A stretch of DNA of 64,000 bases from an uncultured Christensenellaceae bacterium (GTDB lineage Bacteria; Bacillota; Clostridia; Christensenellales; UBA3700): contig CAJUOU010000003.1 of the NCBI GenBank assembly GCA_910588545.1, positions 123,999-187,998 on the forward strand. Reading direction: 5' to 3'. Below, in pieces: positions 7,744 through 18,359 of the stretch. Positions within the stretch are counted from its first letter, which is position 1; every line of letters starts with the position of its first letter. A program made the translations under genes and the position numbers. The notes under the pieces are model-generated. The model was not told where the DNA came from. It was given only the letters and a program-made list of their open reading frames with translations, and did not search any database.

Positions 7744-9615
7744 TTAAAGAACTTCGCCGGATTTGCTTATTGTACCATCGGAACATTTAATAATATAATC
7801 TCCTGTTTGGCTATTCCAACCACTACCTTTTGTGATATTTGTCCAATCTTCCATTGTGCCACTGTACTCAATTTCTTCAAGCAACAAACAGTTTGCAAAT
7901 GCACCTACACCAATGCTTTTAATGGTAAACGGAATTACTATTTTTGTCAAAACACTATTTCCTGCAAATAGGTTGTCGCCTATTTTTGTCATATTGTAAT
8001 TAATACTATTGTATGTGGTATAAGACGGTATGTTTGCAATTTTAGAATCCATTATATTTTCTTGGAATATAACCTCGGCAGTTCTATCTTGAGTATTTAG
8101 CAAATAAATTGATACACCCTCATTTTCTAAAATTATTCTGCCATCCGATGTAATATTGTTATTGCCGTCTCCACCATCCGTATATCCCCAAATAACAGGG
8201 CGGTTTGAAGAATTCCAATCATCTTTCCAATCGTTCGGTTTAGCCTGTGCTTCACATTTTATAACTAATTTCAAGCAATATCTAAAAGCATCACTGCCTA
8301 TTTTTACAACTGTGTCAGGAATAATAATTTTACTTATTCTATCACAGCCTTGCAACATAGCTGCTCCAATAGAAGTAACGGTATCCGGAATTACAAAACT
8401 ATCCAAAAGATTACATTCCGCAAAAGCACATGCACCTATTTCCTCAACGTCAACATCGATTTCGTTTTTGCCGTTTTCCCTCCAATTAACAACTGTTAAA
8501 TTACTACAAGCATAAAAAGCGTAATTGCCTATTGTTAAAGTATTTCTTTGAATTTCTATTTGAGTAATAACATCGTTCCTATAAAAAGCGTAGCCCATGA
8601 TACTTGTGACATTATATGTTTTACCATCATACTCGACAGCAGGTCGCAACTCTATATTATCGTTTGTAATAGGTTGTTTAGCTACAATAGCCTCGTTGCC
8701 TTTGATGCCGTATTTTACAGTCCCTCTATTAGTATCGATAAAATAAATATATCCGTCATCCGCAACATTATTATTGTCTGCATTCCACACAATAGGATAG
8801 CGGCTAAATTGGTCTATCTTCCAATCATAGGTAATCCAACCTGCAGGTTTTTCTTTAGCTTGGGCATTGATTGTTATTCCGTAGCAATTTTCAAATACAC
8901 CTTCCTCTATATCTTTTACACTTGTAGGTATGTATATTTCCGCCAAAGCCGAACAACCGTAAAAAGCTCTCTCCTTGATTGTTGCAACAGTTTTAGGTAT
9001 ATAAACTTTTGATAACGCACGTTTGCCGTAAAAAGCCTTGTCTCCTATTACAGTTACAGGTTTGCCGTCATAATACTCGCTGATTACAACTTCCGTAATC
9101 ATATTTTCGATATCTCTTTCAACCCCGCTGACAGTGTAGGAATATCCGTCGGTATTTAATGAATAAATAAGTCCCTCCGAGCCTTTCATAAAACCGCAAA
9201 CAGCACATTTCCCTTTTTCGAATGTGTGATTTACTTCTTCTTTGGAAATATCGCAAATATCGCTGCAATCATACCAATGATTTTTATCGTCATATTTTAT
9301 TGTATGGCTATGCTTATTGCCACACAAAGTACAAATATCTTCGCTGTTATAAGTATGAACAACTTTATCCTTTTCATATCCGCAAACGGAACACTCATGC
9401 CAATGATAATTGTTATCAAAATTCAACTCAAAGCTATGCTCTGCGTAGTCATTTCTTTCCTTGCATTTCTTCTTAGTGCAGTCATGCCAATGATGTGTTT
9501 CGTTATTTGACCATTCTATATTCCATTCGTGGTTGTGCTTACAGGCAACCAAGCCCGTGCACATAACACAAAGCAACACGATTATAGCAAAAATTATAAT
9601 TGATTTTCTTTTCAT
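7744..9615 (-). CDS. BspA-type leucine-rich-repeat (LRR_5) surface lipoprotein with N-terminal Cys/His-rich repeats
   Basis: The signal peptide plus lipobox is LVAC. Repeated FxxCxxLxxIxIPxSVxxIGxxAF units are present (e.g. AFYGCSALAEIYIPTSVKDI, AFAECNLLDSFVIPDTVTSIG). The N-terminus carries HxW(H/Y)xC...C modules. Confidence 0.85.
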   Translation of the reverse strand: MKRKSIIIFAIIVLLCVMCTGLVACKHNHEWNIEWSNNETHHWHDCTKKKCKERNDYAEHSFELNFDNNYHWHECSVCGYEKDKVVHTYNSEDICTLCGNKHSHTIKYDDKNHWYDCSDICDISKEEVNHTFEKGKCAVCGFMKGSEGLIYSLNTDGYSYTVSGVERDIENMITEVVISEYYDGKPVTVIGDKAFYGKRALSKVYIPKTVATIKERAFYGCSALAEIYIPTSVKDIEEGVFENCYGITINAQAKEKPAGWITYDWKIDQFSRYPIVWNADNNNVADDGYIYFIDTNRGTVKYGIKGNEAIVAKQPITNDNIELRPAVEYDGKTYNVTSIMGYAFYRNDVITQIEIQRNTLTIGNYAFYACSNLTVVNWRENGKNEIDVDVEEIGACAFAECNLLDSFVIPDTVTSIGAAMLQGCDRISKIIIPDTVVKIGSDAFRYCLKLVIKCEAQAKPNDWKDDWNSSNRPVIWGYTDGGDGNNNITSDGRIILENEGVSIYLLNTQDRTAEVIFQENIMDSKIANIPSYTTYNSINYNMTKIGDNLFAGNSVLTKIVIPFTIKSIGVGAFANCLLLEEIEYSGTMEDWTNITKGSGWNSQTGDYIIKCSDGTISKSGEVL

Positions 9616-9710
9616 AATCCCCTCTAGGTAACATTAATTACATTATAATTTTATCATAATAAATATTATAAGTCAATATTTATATAGACTTTAAAGGCAT
9701 ATTATACCAA

Positions 9711-9756
9711 TAAAAAAAGGATACAAACCAAAATATGGAATGTATCTCTGTTTTTA
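9711..9756 (-). terminator. Probable terminator downstream of the MMPL gene
   Basis: The minus strand reads GATACA...TGTATCC followed by TTTTTTT. Confidence 0.45.
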
Positions 9757-9823
9757 ATTATATAAAGTTTCGTTAACGTTTTTTTAACATCGGCAGTTTT
9801 ATTTTCTAACCTTTCCTACATTT

Positions 9824-12091
9824 TTATATTCGTTTTTCAATGTCGGAATTGCTGTCATTATCCTTTATACAGTTTTCTTCCTGCTCTTGCTCAGTCAAAA
9901 CATTTTGGTCAGCTGCCACCATTGCAACTTGCTTTTTATTACGCTTACTTTGCAGTTTACTACCGATTTTCAAACGGATTTTATGAAAAATATCATCGTT
10001 TGTAGGAGGTTTTCTTGTAATGGCAATTAGCAGTGCCGGCAAAACAAACAGTATCAATAGCGCGCTAATTATTGCGCCTCTACCAATAAGCAAAGTAATT
10101 TGTCCTATAATAGCATTTGTTGTTATTGCGCATACTGCCAAACACAAAACACCCAAAATCGTAGCCGATGTAAGTATTGACAATGTGCTATCTTTTGTGG
10201 CTTTTAAACAAGCTTGTTTAACAGGCATAGTTGCCATATTACGCTTAAATTTAGTTGCCAGCAATATCGCATAATCTACCGTTGCACCCATTTGTACACT
10301 GCTTATTATGATATATGCCATAAAGTTGACAGGTGATTGGATAATAAAATTAAGCGCTAAATTTATAAATATACCAAACTCCACAACACCCATAAGTGCG
10401 AGCGAGTATTTTGCACTTCGTATGGACAGCATTAGTATTATAAATATAATGATTGCACTTATTGCGGAAACCAAAGCAAAGTCCTTTGGCGTTACCACCG
10501 ACAAGTCGTTTACCGCCTGTGCCATACCCGTAATGTAATATTTGTCGCCGAAATATTTTTTGAGCGTATCTCTTACATTTTGCAGTAATATACCCTCTTC
10601 CGCCGATTCCGACTCTGTTTCTATCATAAGAGTATACAGCACATATCCATTGTTTGCATACGCTTTTAATTGTGGCAAATTCCATTTAATTGCAAGCGAT
10701 AATTGCTCTGCCATTTCCTCGGGTGCAAGTGCATAAATGCTACTTACTACGCTTACATTTTCAATCTTTTTCAAATCTTCGATAAAATCTAGGTGTACGG
10801 CTGCTTTATCGTTAGGAGCACAAATCAAAATACTGTTTCCCATAACTTCAACAACTTGTTGAACTTCGCTAAGTTCCGATTTGTCCTTATCCATTTTCAT
10901 ATACGAATAAGATATGCTAAGCCCACAATAAATCATTGGCACCAAAGCTATCAATGCGATTGCAAGTATAGGTTTTCTGCCCTTGATAGCTACTTCCGCA
11001 CTTTTTTGAAATTTAGGTAAATGTACGGGGTGCTCAAGCTTGGCAGTAGTTTTTGTAGTAAACAATATCAAACAAGGTTGCAAAAACAAAACCGTAAGCA
11101 TTGACATTAACACACCCTTTGCAAGCACGATACCCAAATCGGCACCTATACCGAACTGCATAAACATTAAAGCAATAAAGCCCCCGACCGTAGTAAGTGC
11201 AGAGGCACAAACCGTCGATAAAGTTTTTGGTATAGCTCGTTTCATTGCAGTCCTGTCATCAAAACACATTTTCCGTTCTTCCTTAAATGCATGCATCAAG
11301 AAAATCGAGTAGTCCATTGACAAAGCAAGTTGCAATATTGCGGAAGTAGCAAATGTAATGACCGATACATCCCCCAAAATGATATTACTACCCATATTAA
11401 GGAAAATGCTAATTGCCAAAGTTGTCAGCAAAATAACAGGCTCGAAAAAGCTTGTCGTAGTCAAAACCAACACCAAAATTGCGATTATACACGCAACAAT
11501 TAGGAAATACGGCATTTCTTTTACAACAGTTCCTAGCAAGTTTGTGGAAATCTCCGCGCTGCCACCAATAGCATAATCCAAACCATAGCTTTCAATTATC
11601 TTTTTGGTTTGTTTTAAAATACCGCTCGCCTCGTTAGTACTTGATGCAACTGACATTTGTACCATAATGGTATAAATATCCTCTTGTGGACAAAACAGTT
11701 TTTTAACATCTGGGTTGTTTTTAATTTGCTCAACAAGTTCATTGGCATCTACACCACCGATATTACCCATACTTGCAAAGCTATCCAAAGTTCCGTACCA
11801 AGTTATGCCGTTCGCACGTACTCCTTCAAGCTCTTGCATTTTCTTTGTAATTTCCGTCATTTGCTCTTCGCTAGCACCTTTTACGGCAACAATGGCATCA
11901 CTTTCCATATCAAAAGTTTTCTTTAAAAAAGCATATCCCTCGGAAGTTGTCATATCATCCGGCAAATAGGATATAATATCGGAATTTATAGGCACAAAAA
12001 ACAAGCATACAAGGGCAATTATCGTAAGTATCAAAAACGCAACGCTTATTGCAAGTTTATGTTTTACGATAAAATCAGAAAACTTTTCCAT
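9824..12091 (-). CDS. MMPL/RND-superfamily membrane transporter
   Basis: 755 aa. Two blocks of about 6 TM helices are each preceded by a large soluble loop. The motif LALSMDYSIFLMHAFKEE and the second-half GATVDYAILL are typical of MMPL proteins. Confidence 0.85.
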   Translation of the reverse strand: MEKFSDFIVKHKLAISVAFLILTIIALVCLFFVPINSDIISYLPDDMTTSEGYAFLKKTFDMESDAIVAVKGASEEQMTEITKKMQELEGVRANGITWYGTLDSFASMGNIGGVDANELVEQIKNNPDVKKLFCPQEDIYTIMVQMSVASSTNEASGILKQTKKIIESYGLDYAIGGSAEISTNLLGTVVKEMPYFLIVACIIAILVLVLTTTSFFEPVILLTTLAISIFLNMGSNIILGDVSVITFATSAILQLALSMDYSIFLMHAFKEERKMCFDDRTAMKRAIPKTLSTVCASALTTVGGFIALMFMQFGIGADLGIVLAKGVLMSMLTVLFLQPCLILFTTKTTAKLEHPVHLPKFQKSAEVAIKGRKPILAIALIALVPMIYCGLSISYSYMKMDKDKSELSEVQQVVEVMGNSILICAPNDKAAVHLDFIEDLKKIENVSVVSSIYALAPEEMAEQLSLAIKWNLPQLKAYANNGYVLYTLMIETESESAEEGILLQNVRDTLKKYFGDKYYITGMAQAVNDLSVVTPKDFALVSAISAIIIFIILMLSIRSAKYSLALMGVVEFGIFINLALNFIIQSPVNFMAYIIISSVQMGATVDYAILLATKFKRNMATMPVKQACLKATKDSTLSILTSATILGVLCLAVCAITTNAIIGQITLLIGRGAIISALLILFVLPALLIAITRKPPTNDDIFHKIRLKIGSKLQSKRNKKQVAMVAADQNVLTEQEQEENCIKDNDSNSDIEKRI

Positions 12092-12169
12092 AAATCTCCC
12101 TCCTTTTATGCTTGTAATTTTTAAAAACCTATCAAAAATCGAGGCTATTATATATTTTATACAAATATA

Positions 12170-14512
12170 TTATCGTCTGTTAAACTTGTTTTGCAATTTT
12201 AACAACAAGTCATCCATACTTTGTTCAGGCTTTTTAGGTTTATTGTTATTTTTAAAATTATTCCCCTTATTACCTTTAAAATCCTTGTTTTTATTTCTAT
12301 CTTTTCTGTCTTGAAGTTTTGGGTCTTTTACAGTGCTTTCCGACTTAGGTTTAGCATTGCTTGCCCCCTTTATTGTAAGGCTTATCCTGTTTTTGGCAGG
12401 GTCGACACCAATAACTTTTACAGTAACAATATCGCCTACAGTCAAAGCATCGGATGGATGTTTGATATAGTCATTGCTTATTTCACTTATATGCACCAAA
12501 CCGTCTTGATGAACACCGATATCAACAAACGCACCAAAGTCGATAACATTTCTTACAGTACCCACAATTTCCATGCCCTCTTTCAAGTTGGAAATATCAA
12601 GCAAGTCATCACGCAAAATAGGCTTTGGCAAACTATCACGAATATCCCTGCCCGGTTTTTTAATTTCTTCGATAATATCCTCTAATGTAGGCATACCGAT
12701 ATTAAGTTCGCCGGCAAGTTTTGCTTTTCCGTAACTATTGATTTTTTCTTCCAAATCGCCCAAGTTTCCACTTGTTACATCATTTTCAGTCAAACCGAAA
12801 GTTGCAAGCAATGCTCTTGTAGCCTCATAAGACTCCGGATGCACCGAAGTATTATCCAAAGCTTCCTCTCCATCGGTAATCCTTAAGAAACCTGCACATT
12901 GCTCATAAGCTTTAGGACCAAGCTTTGGCACTTTTAGCAGTTGTTCTCTTTTTGTAAAAGGCTTGCTCTTTCTGTACTCAACGATATTTTTTGCAATAGC
13001 CAAGTTAAGGCCGGATACAAATGAAAGCAATTTGTAAGATGCTGTATTCAAATCCACACCTACGCTGTTTACGCAATCTTCTACTACGCCCTCAAGTACT
13101 TCGGTAAGTCTTTTTTGTGGCATATCGTGTTGATATTGACCTACACCGATACTCTTAACGTCTATTTTAATCAACTCGGCAAGCGGGTCTTGCAATCTTC
13201 TACCTATACTTACAGCACTACGCAATGATACATCAAATTCAGGGAATTCCTCTGCACCCAATTCACTTGCACTGTATACGGATGCACCCGCCTCGTTTAC
13301 GACCATATATTGCAAAGGTCTATCAAGCTTTTTAATCAAATTGGCAACAAAAATCTCCGTTTCCTTGCTTGCTGTTCCGTTACCGATAGAAATAACTTGT
13401 ACGCTATGTGCTTTAATAAGAGCTGTTAGTTTTTCTTCCGCCTCTTCTACTCTGCTTTGAGGTGGGGTCGGATAAACCACGCCTGTTGCAAGCACATTAC
13501 CATTTTCGTCCAATACCGCAACCTTACAACCTGTTCTGTAAGCAGGGTCAAGTGCCAATACAACATTGTTTTTTAGCGGTGGTTGCATTAAAAGAGGTTT
13601 CAAGTTTGTCTCGAACATTTTAATAGCACCCTCGTTGGCATTATCAGTCAAATCGTTCCTTATCTCTCTTTCGATTGACGGCAAAATCAACCTTTCGTAA
13701 CTGTCTTCTACAGCCTCGGTCATTAATTGAGTAAACAAACAATCGGTATGTACATATTTTGTGTAAATAGTCGAAAGCGCTGTTTCCTTATCCAATTTCA
13801 AATCAACTTTCAAGCAATCTTCCTTTTCGCCACGGTTGATTGCAAGGATTCTGTGCGATGGGATAGCTTTGATTTTTTCCGTATAATCTTTGTACATGCC
13901 AAAAATAGCGCCTTTTTCGTTGTCCTTTTCTTCGTCCAAAGTTGTGGTAATATCGCCGATACCCACAAAAAGCTCACGCAACTCTTTACGAACTTCCGCA
14001 TCGTCGCTTATTCTTTCAGCTATAATATCTTTTGCACCGTCATAAGCCTCTTTAACGCTGTTTACGCCTTTTTCCTCGTTAACAAAAGGTGTTGCGATAG
14101 CAACTATGTCACCATCTTTCAAATCGCTCATAACGATATCCGCAAGTTCGGAAAGACCTTTTTCGATAGCAACGGATGCTCTTGTCTTTTTCTTTTTCTT
14201 ATATGGGCGATAAATATCTTCCACTTCGGTCATAGTCTCCGCCTTAGAAACTGCCTCTGCCAACTCGTCAGTCCATTTGCCTTGAGACTCTATGCTGTTT
14301 TTGACCTCTTCCTTTCTCTTTTCCAAATTTCTCAAATAAGTTAGGCGGTCAGCAAACTTACGCAAAGTTTGGTCGTCACAAGTGCCGTGCATTTCCTTAC
14401 GGTAACGGGCAATGAACGGAATTGTGCAACCCTCGTCGATAAGTTTGATAATATTATCGCTATACTCCTGTTTTAACTGAAATTCTCCTGCTAATCTTTC
14501 ACTGATTATCAT
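12170..14512 (-). CDS. tex: Tex-like RNA-binding transcription accessory protein (YqgF/HhH/S1 domains) with a Lys/Asn-rich C-terminal tail
   Basis: The N-terminus IIKLIDEGCTIPFIARYRKEMHG is the Tex signature. The C-terminal S1 domain is EGMEIVGTVRNVIDFGAFVDIGVHQDGLVHISE. Confidence 0.9.
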   Translation of the reverse strand: MIISERLAGEFQLKQEYSDNIIKLIDEGCTIPFIARYRKEMHGTCDDQTLRKFADRLTYLRNLEKRKEEVKNSIESQGKWTDELAEAVSKAETMTEVEDIYRPYKKKKKTRASVAIEKGLSELADIVMSDLKDGDIVAIATPFVNEEKGVNSVKEAYDGAKDIIAERISDDAEVRKELRELFVGIGDITTTLDEEKDNEKGAIFGMYKDYTEKIKAIPSHRILAINRGEKEDCLKVDLKLDKETALSTIYTKYVHTDCLFTQLMTEAVEDSYERLILPSIEREIRNDLTDNANEGAIKMFETNLKPLLMQPPLKNNVVLALDPAYRTGCKVAVLDENGNVLATGVVYPTPPQSRVEEAEEKLTALIKAHSVQVISIGNGTASKETEIFVANLIKKLDRPLQYMVVNEAGASVYSASELGAEEFPEFDVSLRSAVSIGRRLQDPLAELIKIDVKSIGVGQYQHDMPQKRLTEVLEGVVEDCVNSVGVDLNTASYKLLSFVSGLNLAIAKNIVEYRKSKPFTKREQLLKVPKLGPKAYEQCAGFLRITDGEEALDNTSVHPESYEATRALLATFGLTENDVTSGNLGDLEEKINSYGKAKLAGELNIGMPTLEDIIEEIKKPGRDIRDSLPKPILRDDLLDISNLKEGMEIVGTVRNVIDFGAFVDIGVHQDGLVHISEISNDYIKHPSDALTVGDIVTVKVIGVDPAKNRISLTIKGASNAKPKSESTVKDPKLQDRKDRNKNKDFKGNKGNNFKNNNKPKKPEQSMDDLLLKLQNKFNRR

Positions 14513-16152
14513 AAAATTTGCTCCTTTTCCTTTAATTTGTTATAATCTACTTTGCCTATTGCTGTAAGCGGTAATTCGCTAACACATTCTATTTCTTTTG
14601 GCAAAGAATATTTCATTAAATTGGTTTTTATTGTATTTTTTATCTTTTGTTCCACCATTTGTGAAAACTCGTATCCCTCTTTCATCATAACATAAAGTTT
14701 GATATAAGGCTTCCCGTTTTTTTCAAAATCTATTGCGCAACACTTGTCTATTTCTTGCACATTTTCGCCGACGATATATTCAATCTCGTTAGGGAAAACA
14801 TTCATTCCGCTAATTTTAACCATTCGTTTTATCCTGTCCACGAAAAACAAATGTCCGCTTTCCTCAAGATAACCGTAGTCGCCTGTTGCTAGCCAAACAA
14901 CGCCGTCGCTATCCTCAAAAATAACCTTGTTGGTAGTTTGCTCATCCGCAAAATATCCGCTCATAATATTATCGCCGGATAGGCAGATTTCCCCACGCAT
15001 TCCATAATCTAGTTTTTTATGCTCGCTATCCACAATGCAAACCTTAATATCTCCAAGCGGTTTGCCGACAGAGCCAACCTTGCTGTAAGCCTCAACATTT
15101 ACATTGCATACACCAGCTTCGGTCAAGCCGTAGCCCTCGCATAATCTGCAATCGGACTTATATTTTTTCATAAGATTGTCAAAATCTTGCTTAATCTCTT
15201 GTTTAAGCTTGTCCCCACCGCAGTAGCAATATTTCATTTTTCTAAGATACCTACCACCAAAAGCTTTTACTTTTATAAGCTTAGCGTACATTGAAGGAAC
15301 ACCCGTCATATAAGTTGCCCGCTCTCGCCTTACTACTTTTGCAAGCGACTTTGGATTAAAGCTTGGCACCAAAATGCATCTTGCTCCTGCTGTCAGCGTA
15401 GAGTGCATGCACACACCAAGGCCAAAAATGTGAAACATAGGCAATACCATAAGCATACTTTCGCCCTTTTGCACTTCATCCCCAATTAACGTGCGTATGC
15501 TGTAGCTACATTCGTTAATTGCACGGTTTGCAAGCATTGCGGTTTTTGGCATGCCCGTTGTTCCGCCCGAGTGAATATATGCCGCTATCTCATCCCCGAT
15601 ACCTGTATAATGCTCGCGTACGGGTGCGGGTTGTAATTGATATTTAATAAAATCATTAAAATATAAAACATTATCCGCATTGTTCAAACTAGGTTTTTTG
15701 CGGCTTGTCCACAAATCATATCCCCATTTATAAATGTTTTTAAGGTAGTCGGATGGTCTGCACAAAACTGTAGTTACATTTTTTTGTTCTAATACCGAAC
15801 GATTTTTATTGTAAAACATATCAAACACAAACACCAATTTGCTGTTTAACACTTCTACCATATCGCCAAGCACTTTAGGTGGCACTAACGGATGTATCAA
15901 ATTTACCCCGACACCTAATTTGTTTGCGGCATAAAATATAATAATCGCATTGGGAATATTAGGCAAACACAGTGCAATATTATCTCCGCATTTTACCCCA
16001 AACGAATTTAAAGCATTTGCAACAATATCCACCTGTTCAAAAAATGTATTTGTAGATATACGATTATTGTAGTAGGAAATTAAAGGTCTGTTATCCCCTT
16101 TATCCCTAGCTTTCAAATATTCGTACATACTAAAATCATTCGATTGTTTCAT
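14509..16152 (-). CDS. AMP-dependent acyl-CoA ligase/synthetase (adenylate-forming, FadD-like)
   Basis: The core motifs are HSGGTTGMPK, EGYGLTE, ATGDYGYL, DRIKRMVKISGMNVFPNEIE, and a terminal GKVDY. Its stop overlaps the tex start (ATGA). Confidence 0.85.
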   Translation of the reverse strand: MKQSNDFSMYEYLKARDKGDNRPLISYYNNRISTNTFFEQVDIVANALNSFGVKCGDNIALCLPNIPNAIIIFYAANKLGVGVNLIHPLVPPKVLGDMVEVLNSKLVFVFDMFYNKNRSVLEQKNVTTVLCRPSDYLKNIYKWGYDLWTSRKKPSLNNADNVLYFNDFIKYQLQPAPVREHYTGIGDEIAAYIHSGGTTGMPKTAMLANRAINECSYSIRTLIGDEVQKGESMLMVLPMFHIFGLGVCMHSTLTAGARCILVPSFNPKSLAKVVRRERATYMTGVPSMYAKLIKVKAFGGRYLRKMKYCYCGGDKLKQEIKQDFDNLMKKYKSDCRLCEGYGLTEAGVCNVNVEAYSKVGSVGKPLGDIKVCIVDSEHKKLDYGMRGEICLSGDNIMSGYFADEQTTNKVIFEDSDGVVWLATGDYGYLEESGHLFFVDRIKRMVKISGMNVFPNEIEYIVGENVQEIDKCCAIDFEKNGKPYIKLYVMMKEGYEFSQMVEQKIKNTIKTNLMKYSLPKEIECVSELPLTAIGKVDYNKLKEKEQIL

Positions 16153-16320
16153 ACTATTCTCTTTTATATAAATATATATAGCATTATAGCACTTATTTTA
16201 TTTATTGTAAATAGTTTTTTTCAATTTGGGGTAAAATTGTATTTTATTTAAAAATAAATAATCGGATTTAATTGCACTCTATTTTTGTAATTTTTAAGAT
16301 TTTTACAGGCTTAAAGCATA

Positions 16321-16370
16321 AAAAATCGCAAATAGCCCCGATTTTCAAAGGATATTTGCGATTTATTTAA
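16321..16370 (-). terminator. Terminator after amino-acid ABC operon 1
   Basis: The minus strand reads AATCGCAAATA...TATTTGCGATT followed by TTTT. Confidence 0.6.
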
Positions 16371-16422
16371 CATTATAAACTGTAATTTATATACAATTAC
16401 TTTCATTTTAACAAATATACAA

Positions 16423-17658
16423 TTACAAAACTTTTGATAAGAAAGTCTTTAGTCTTTCGTTTTGCGGATTGTCAAACAACTCTATTGGCGTATTATCTTC
16501 CATAATTTTTCCGCCATCCATAAACAATACACGAGTTGCAACTTCTTTTGCAAAGCCCATTTCATGAGTTACAATTACCATTGTCATCCCTTCGTCGGCA
16601 AGTTGCTTGATAAGTTCTAAAACTTCCCCAACCATTTCTGGGTCTAAGGCTGAAGTAGGCTCGTCAAACAACATTACTTCCGGTTTCATTGCAAGGGCTC
16701 TTATTATAGCAATTCTTTGTTTTTGTCCACCAGATAAAGTATTAGGATAAGCTTTTGCTTTTTCTTCAAGCCCAATTCGCTCTAGTAATTGTTTTGCATA
16801 ATCCTCTATTTCTTGCTTTCTTGCCTTTTTATACTCTGCTTGAGTTTCTTTTGTGATTTCCTTATTTTTAAGTTTTTCCTTTATTTCCTTTGACAAATAC
16901 TCAAGCGGTGCAAAAGTAATGTTTTCCATAACCGTCATGTGTGGGAAAAGGTTAAAGTGTTGGAACACCATTCCCATATTTTTTCTGACAGCATTTTCAT
17001 TTACCTTGATGGATTTATTTGCTTTGCTTTTAGCAGTTTTAATCAAGCTTGAAACTTTGCTTTGCAACTTTTTGATATTTGCTCTGTACTCGCTGTCACG
17101 ACTTAAGTTATCATTAACTTTAGTAACAACCTCGGACAAATTCAAGTTTTCAAAACTTAAATTCAAATTTGTATCTGCAAAAAAGGTTTGTTTAACCTCA
17201 TCCGATAAAAACTGCAATTCTATATTTTTAATGTTTTCCCTTACTTCTATATCGAATTCAAGCTCTCTTACCAATTCGTCACGAAGTACGGTACAGTCTT
17301 TTATTTTCTTTTCACACTCTTGCGACTTCTTTATTATTTTTTCGTCCGTAATGCCCTTTAAACCTTCTGCCTTTAAAATCAATTTACTTATTTTTTTATC
17401 ATACTGCTTAATTTTGAAATTGATAAACTTTTTGGAAAGTGCAGAAATTTTTGGATAATAAGTTATTTCCTTATCCTTAAAATAAAGATGTCCCATGGTA
17501 GGTCTTTCAAGCAAATTCAAGCACCTTAAAAAAGTAGATTTACCACTACCCGACGGGCCGATAACCGCAACCTTTTCGCCTTGCTCTATATCAATATCAA
17601 TTCCATCCAAAACTACAAGGCTACCAAAATGTTTGTGTAAATTTTTAACGCTTATCAC
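16423..17658 (-). CDS. Polar amino-acid ABC transporter ATP-binding protein (GlnQ/ArtP type) with a ~140-aa Lys/Glu-rich insertion
   Basis: Motifs present: Walker [11 protein letters not shown]-loop [13 protein letters not shown], signature LSGGQKQR, Walker [12 protein letters not shown], and H-loop VTHEM. It is 411 aa against the usual ~240. The GTG start has a GGAGG SD and overlaps the permease stop by 14 nt. Confidence 0.9.
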   Translation of the reverse strand: MISVKNLHKHFGSLVVLDGIDIDIEQGEKVAVIGPSGSGKSTFLRCLNLLERPTMGHLYFKDKEITYYPKISALSKKFINFKIKQYDKKISKLILKAEGLKGITDEKIIKKSQECEKKIKDCTVLRDELVRELEFDIEVRENIKNIELQFLSDEVKQTFFADTNLNLSFENLNLSEVVTKVNDNLSRDSEYRANIKKLQSKVSSLIKTAKSKANKSIKVNENAVRKNMGMVFQHFNLFPHMTVMENITFAPLEYLSKEIKEKLKNKEITKETQAEYKKARKQEIEDYAKQLLERIGLEEKAKAYPNTLSGGQKQRIAIIRALAMKPEVMLFDEPTSALDPEMVGEVLELIKQLADEGMTMVIVTHEMGFAKEVATRVLFMDGGKIMEDNTPIELFDNPQNERLKTFLSKVL

Positions 17659-18349
17659 TCTTTGACAACCTCCTTTCGATTAGTTTCATAACTTTTGTTA
17701 ATGCATATACAATTATAAAATAAATTACACCTAAAACAAAATATGCAACAAAATAGTCATAGGTACTTGACGCAATAGTTTGCAATGCAAATGTTATATC
17801 CATTACTGTAACATAACCTGCAACCGAAGTCTCTTTTGTCAATGATATCAACTCATTACCTAATGTAGGGATAATATTTTTTATTGCTTGAGGCATAACA
17901 ATTTTTAACATTGTTTTGCTGTAAGATAAACCAAGTGACCTACCTGCTTCTAGTTGTCCGCTCTCCACAGATGCTATACCGCCACGAATAATTTCAGACA
18001 CATAAGCACCACTATTCAGACCAAAAACCAAAATTGCAACAAACAATTTATTAAATCCCAAAGGCGATAGCATTGCAAAGTATATGAATAAAAGCTGAAC
18101 TGCAATCGGAGTGCCTCTAAATAAGGAAACATAAAGGTTGTTTATCCACTTCCATATTTTAATAAAAATATTTTTGCTTGGAACATAATACGCTATACCT
18201 ACTAATGACCCTAAAAAAATACCTATTGGAAAGGCACAAAGCACAATTAGAAGGGTGTTTAACAACCCTCCTAAAAGTAACGATATAGAATCAACAAATA
18301 TATATTTCCAAATATTTGCACTGACTGCAGATATTAAATTCAATATCAT
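17645..18349 (-). CDS. Amino-acid ABC transporter permease (HisM/GlnP family)
   Basis: 234 aa, multi-TM. The EAA-like loop is [26 protein letters not shown]. Confidence 0.9.
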   Translation of the reverse strand: MILNLISAVSANIWKYIFVDSISLLLGGLLNTLLIVLCAFPIGIFLGSLVGIAYYVPSKNIFIKIWKWINNLYVSLFRGTPIAVQLLFIYFAMLSPLGFNKLFVAILVFGLNSGAYVSEIIRGGIASVESGQLEAGRSLGLSYSKTMLKIVMPQAIKNIIPTLGNELISLTKETSVAGYVTVMDITFALQTIASSTYDYFVAYFVLGVIYFIIVYALTKVMKLIERRLSKSDKR

Positions 18350-18359
18350 AAATTATTCC

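Noticed and set aside
8156-9510. Multiple 60-150-aa plus-strand ORFs in the track lie inside the LRR gene. Similar antisense ORFs lie inside the MMPL gene, tex, the ABC genes, lacZ, the ApgM-fusion gene, the GLUG gene and others.
   Set aside because: They are embedded opposite long ORFs with clear family motifs. They have low-complexity or hydrophobic compositions, no SD, and are typical shadow ORFs of AT-rich DNA.
7744-9615. Diversity-generating retroelement or phase-variation target, suggested by the repetitive LRR surface genes.
   Set aside because: I could find no reverse transcriptase, template repeat, invertible-promoter inverted repeats or homopolymer tracts at the starts.
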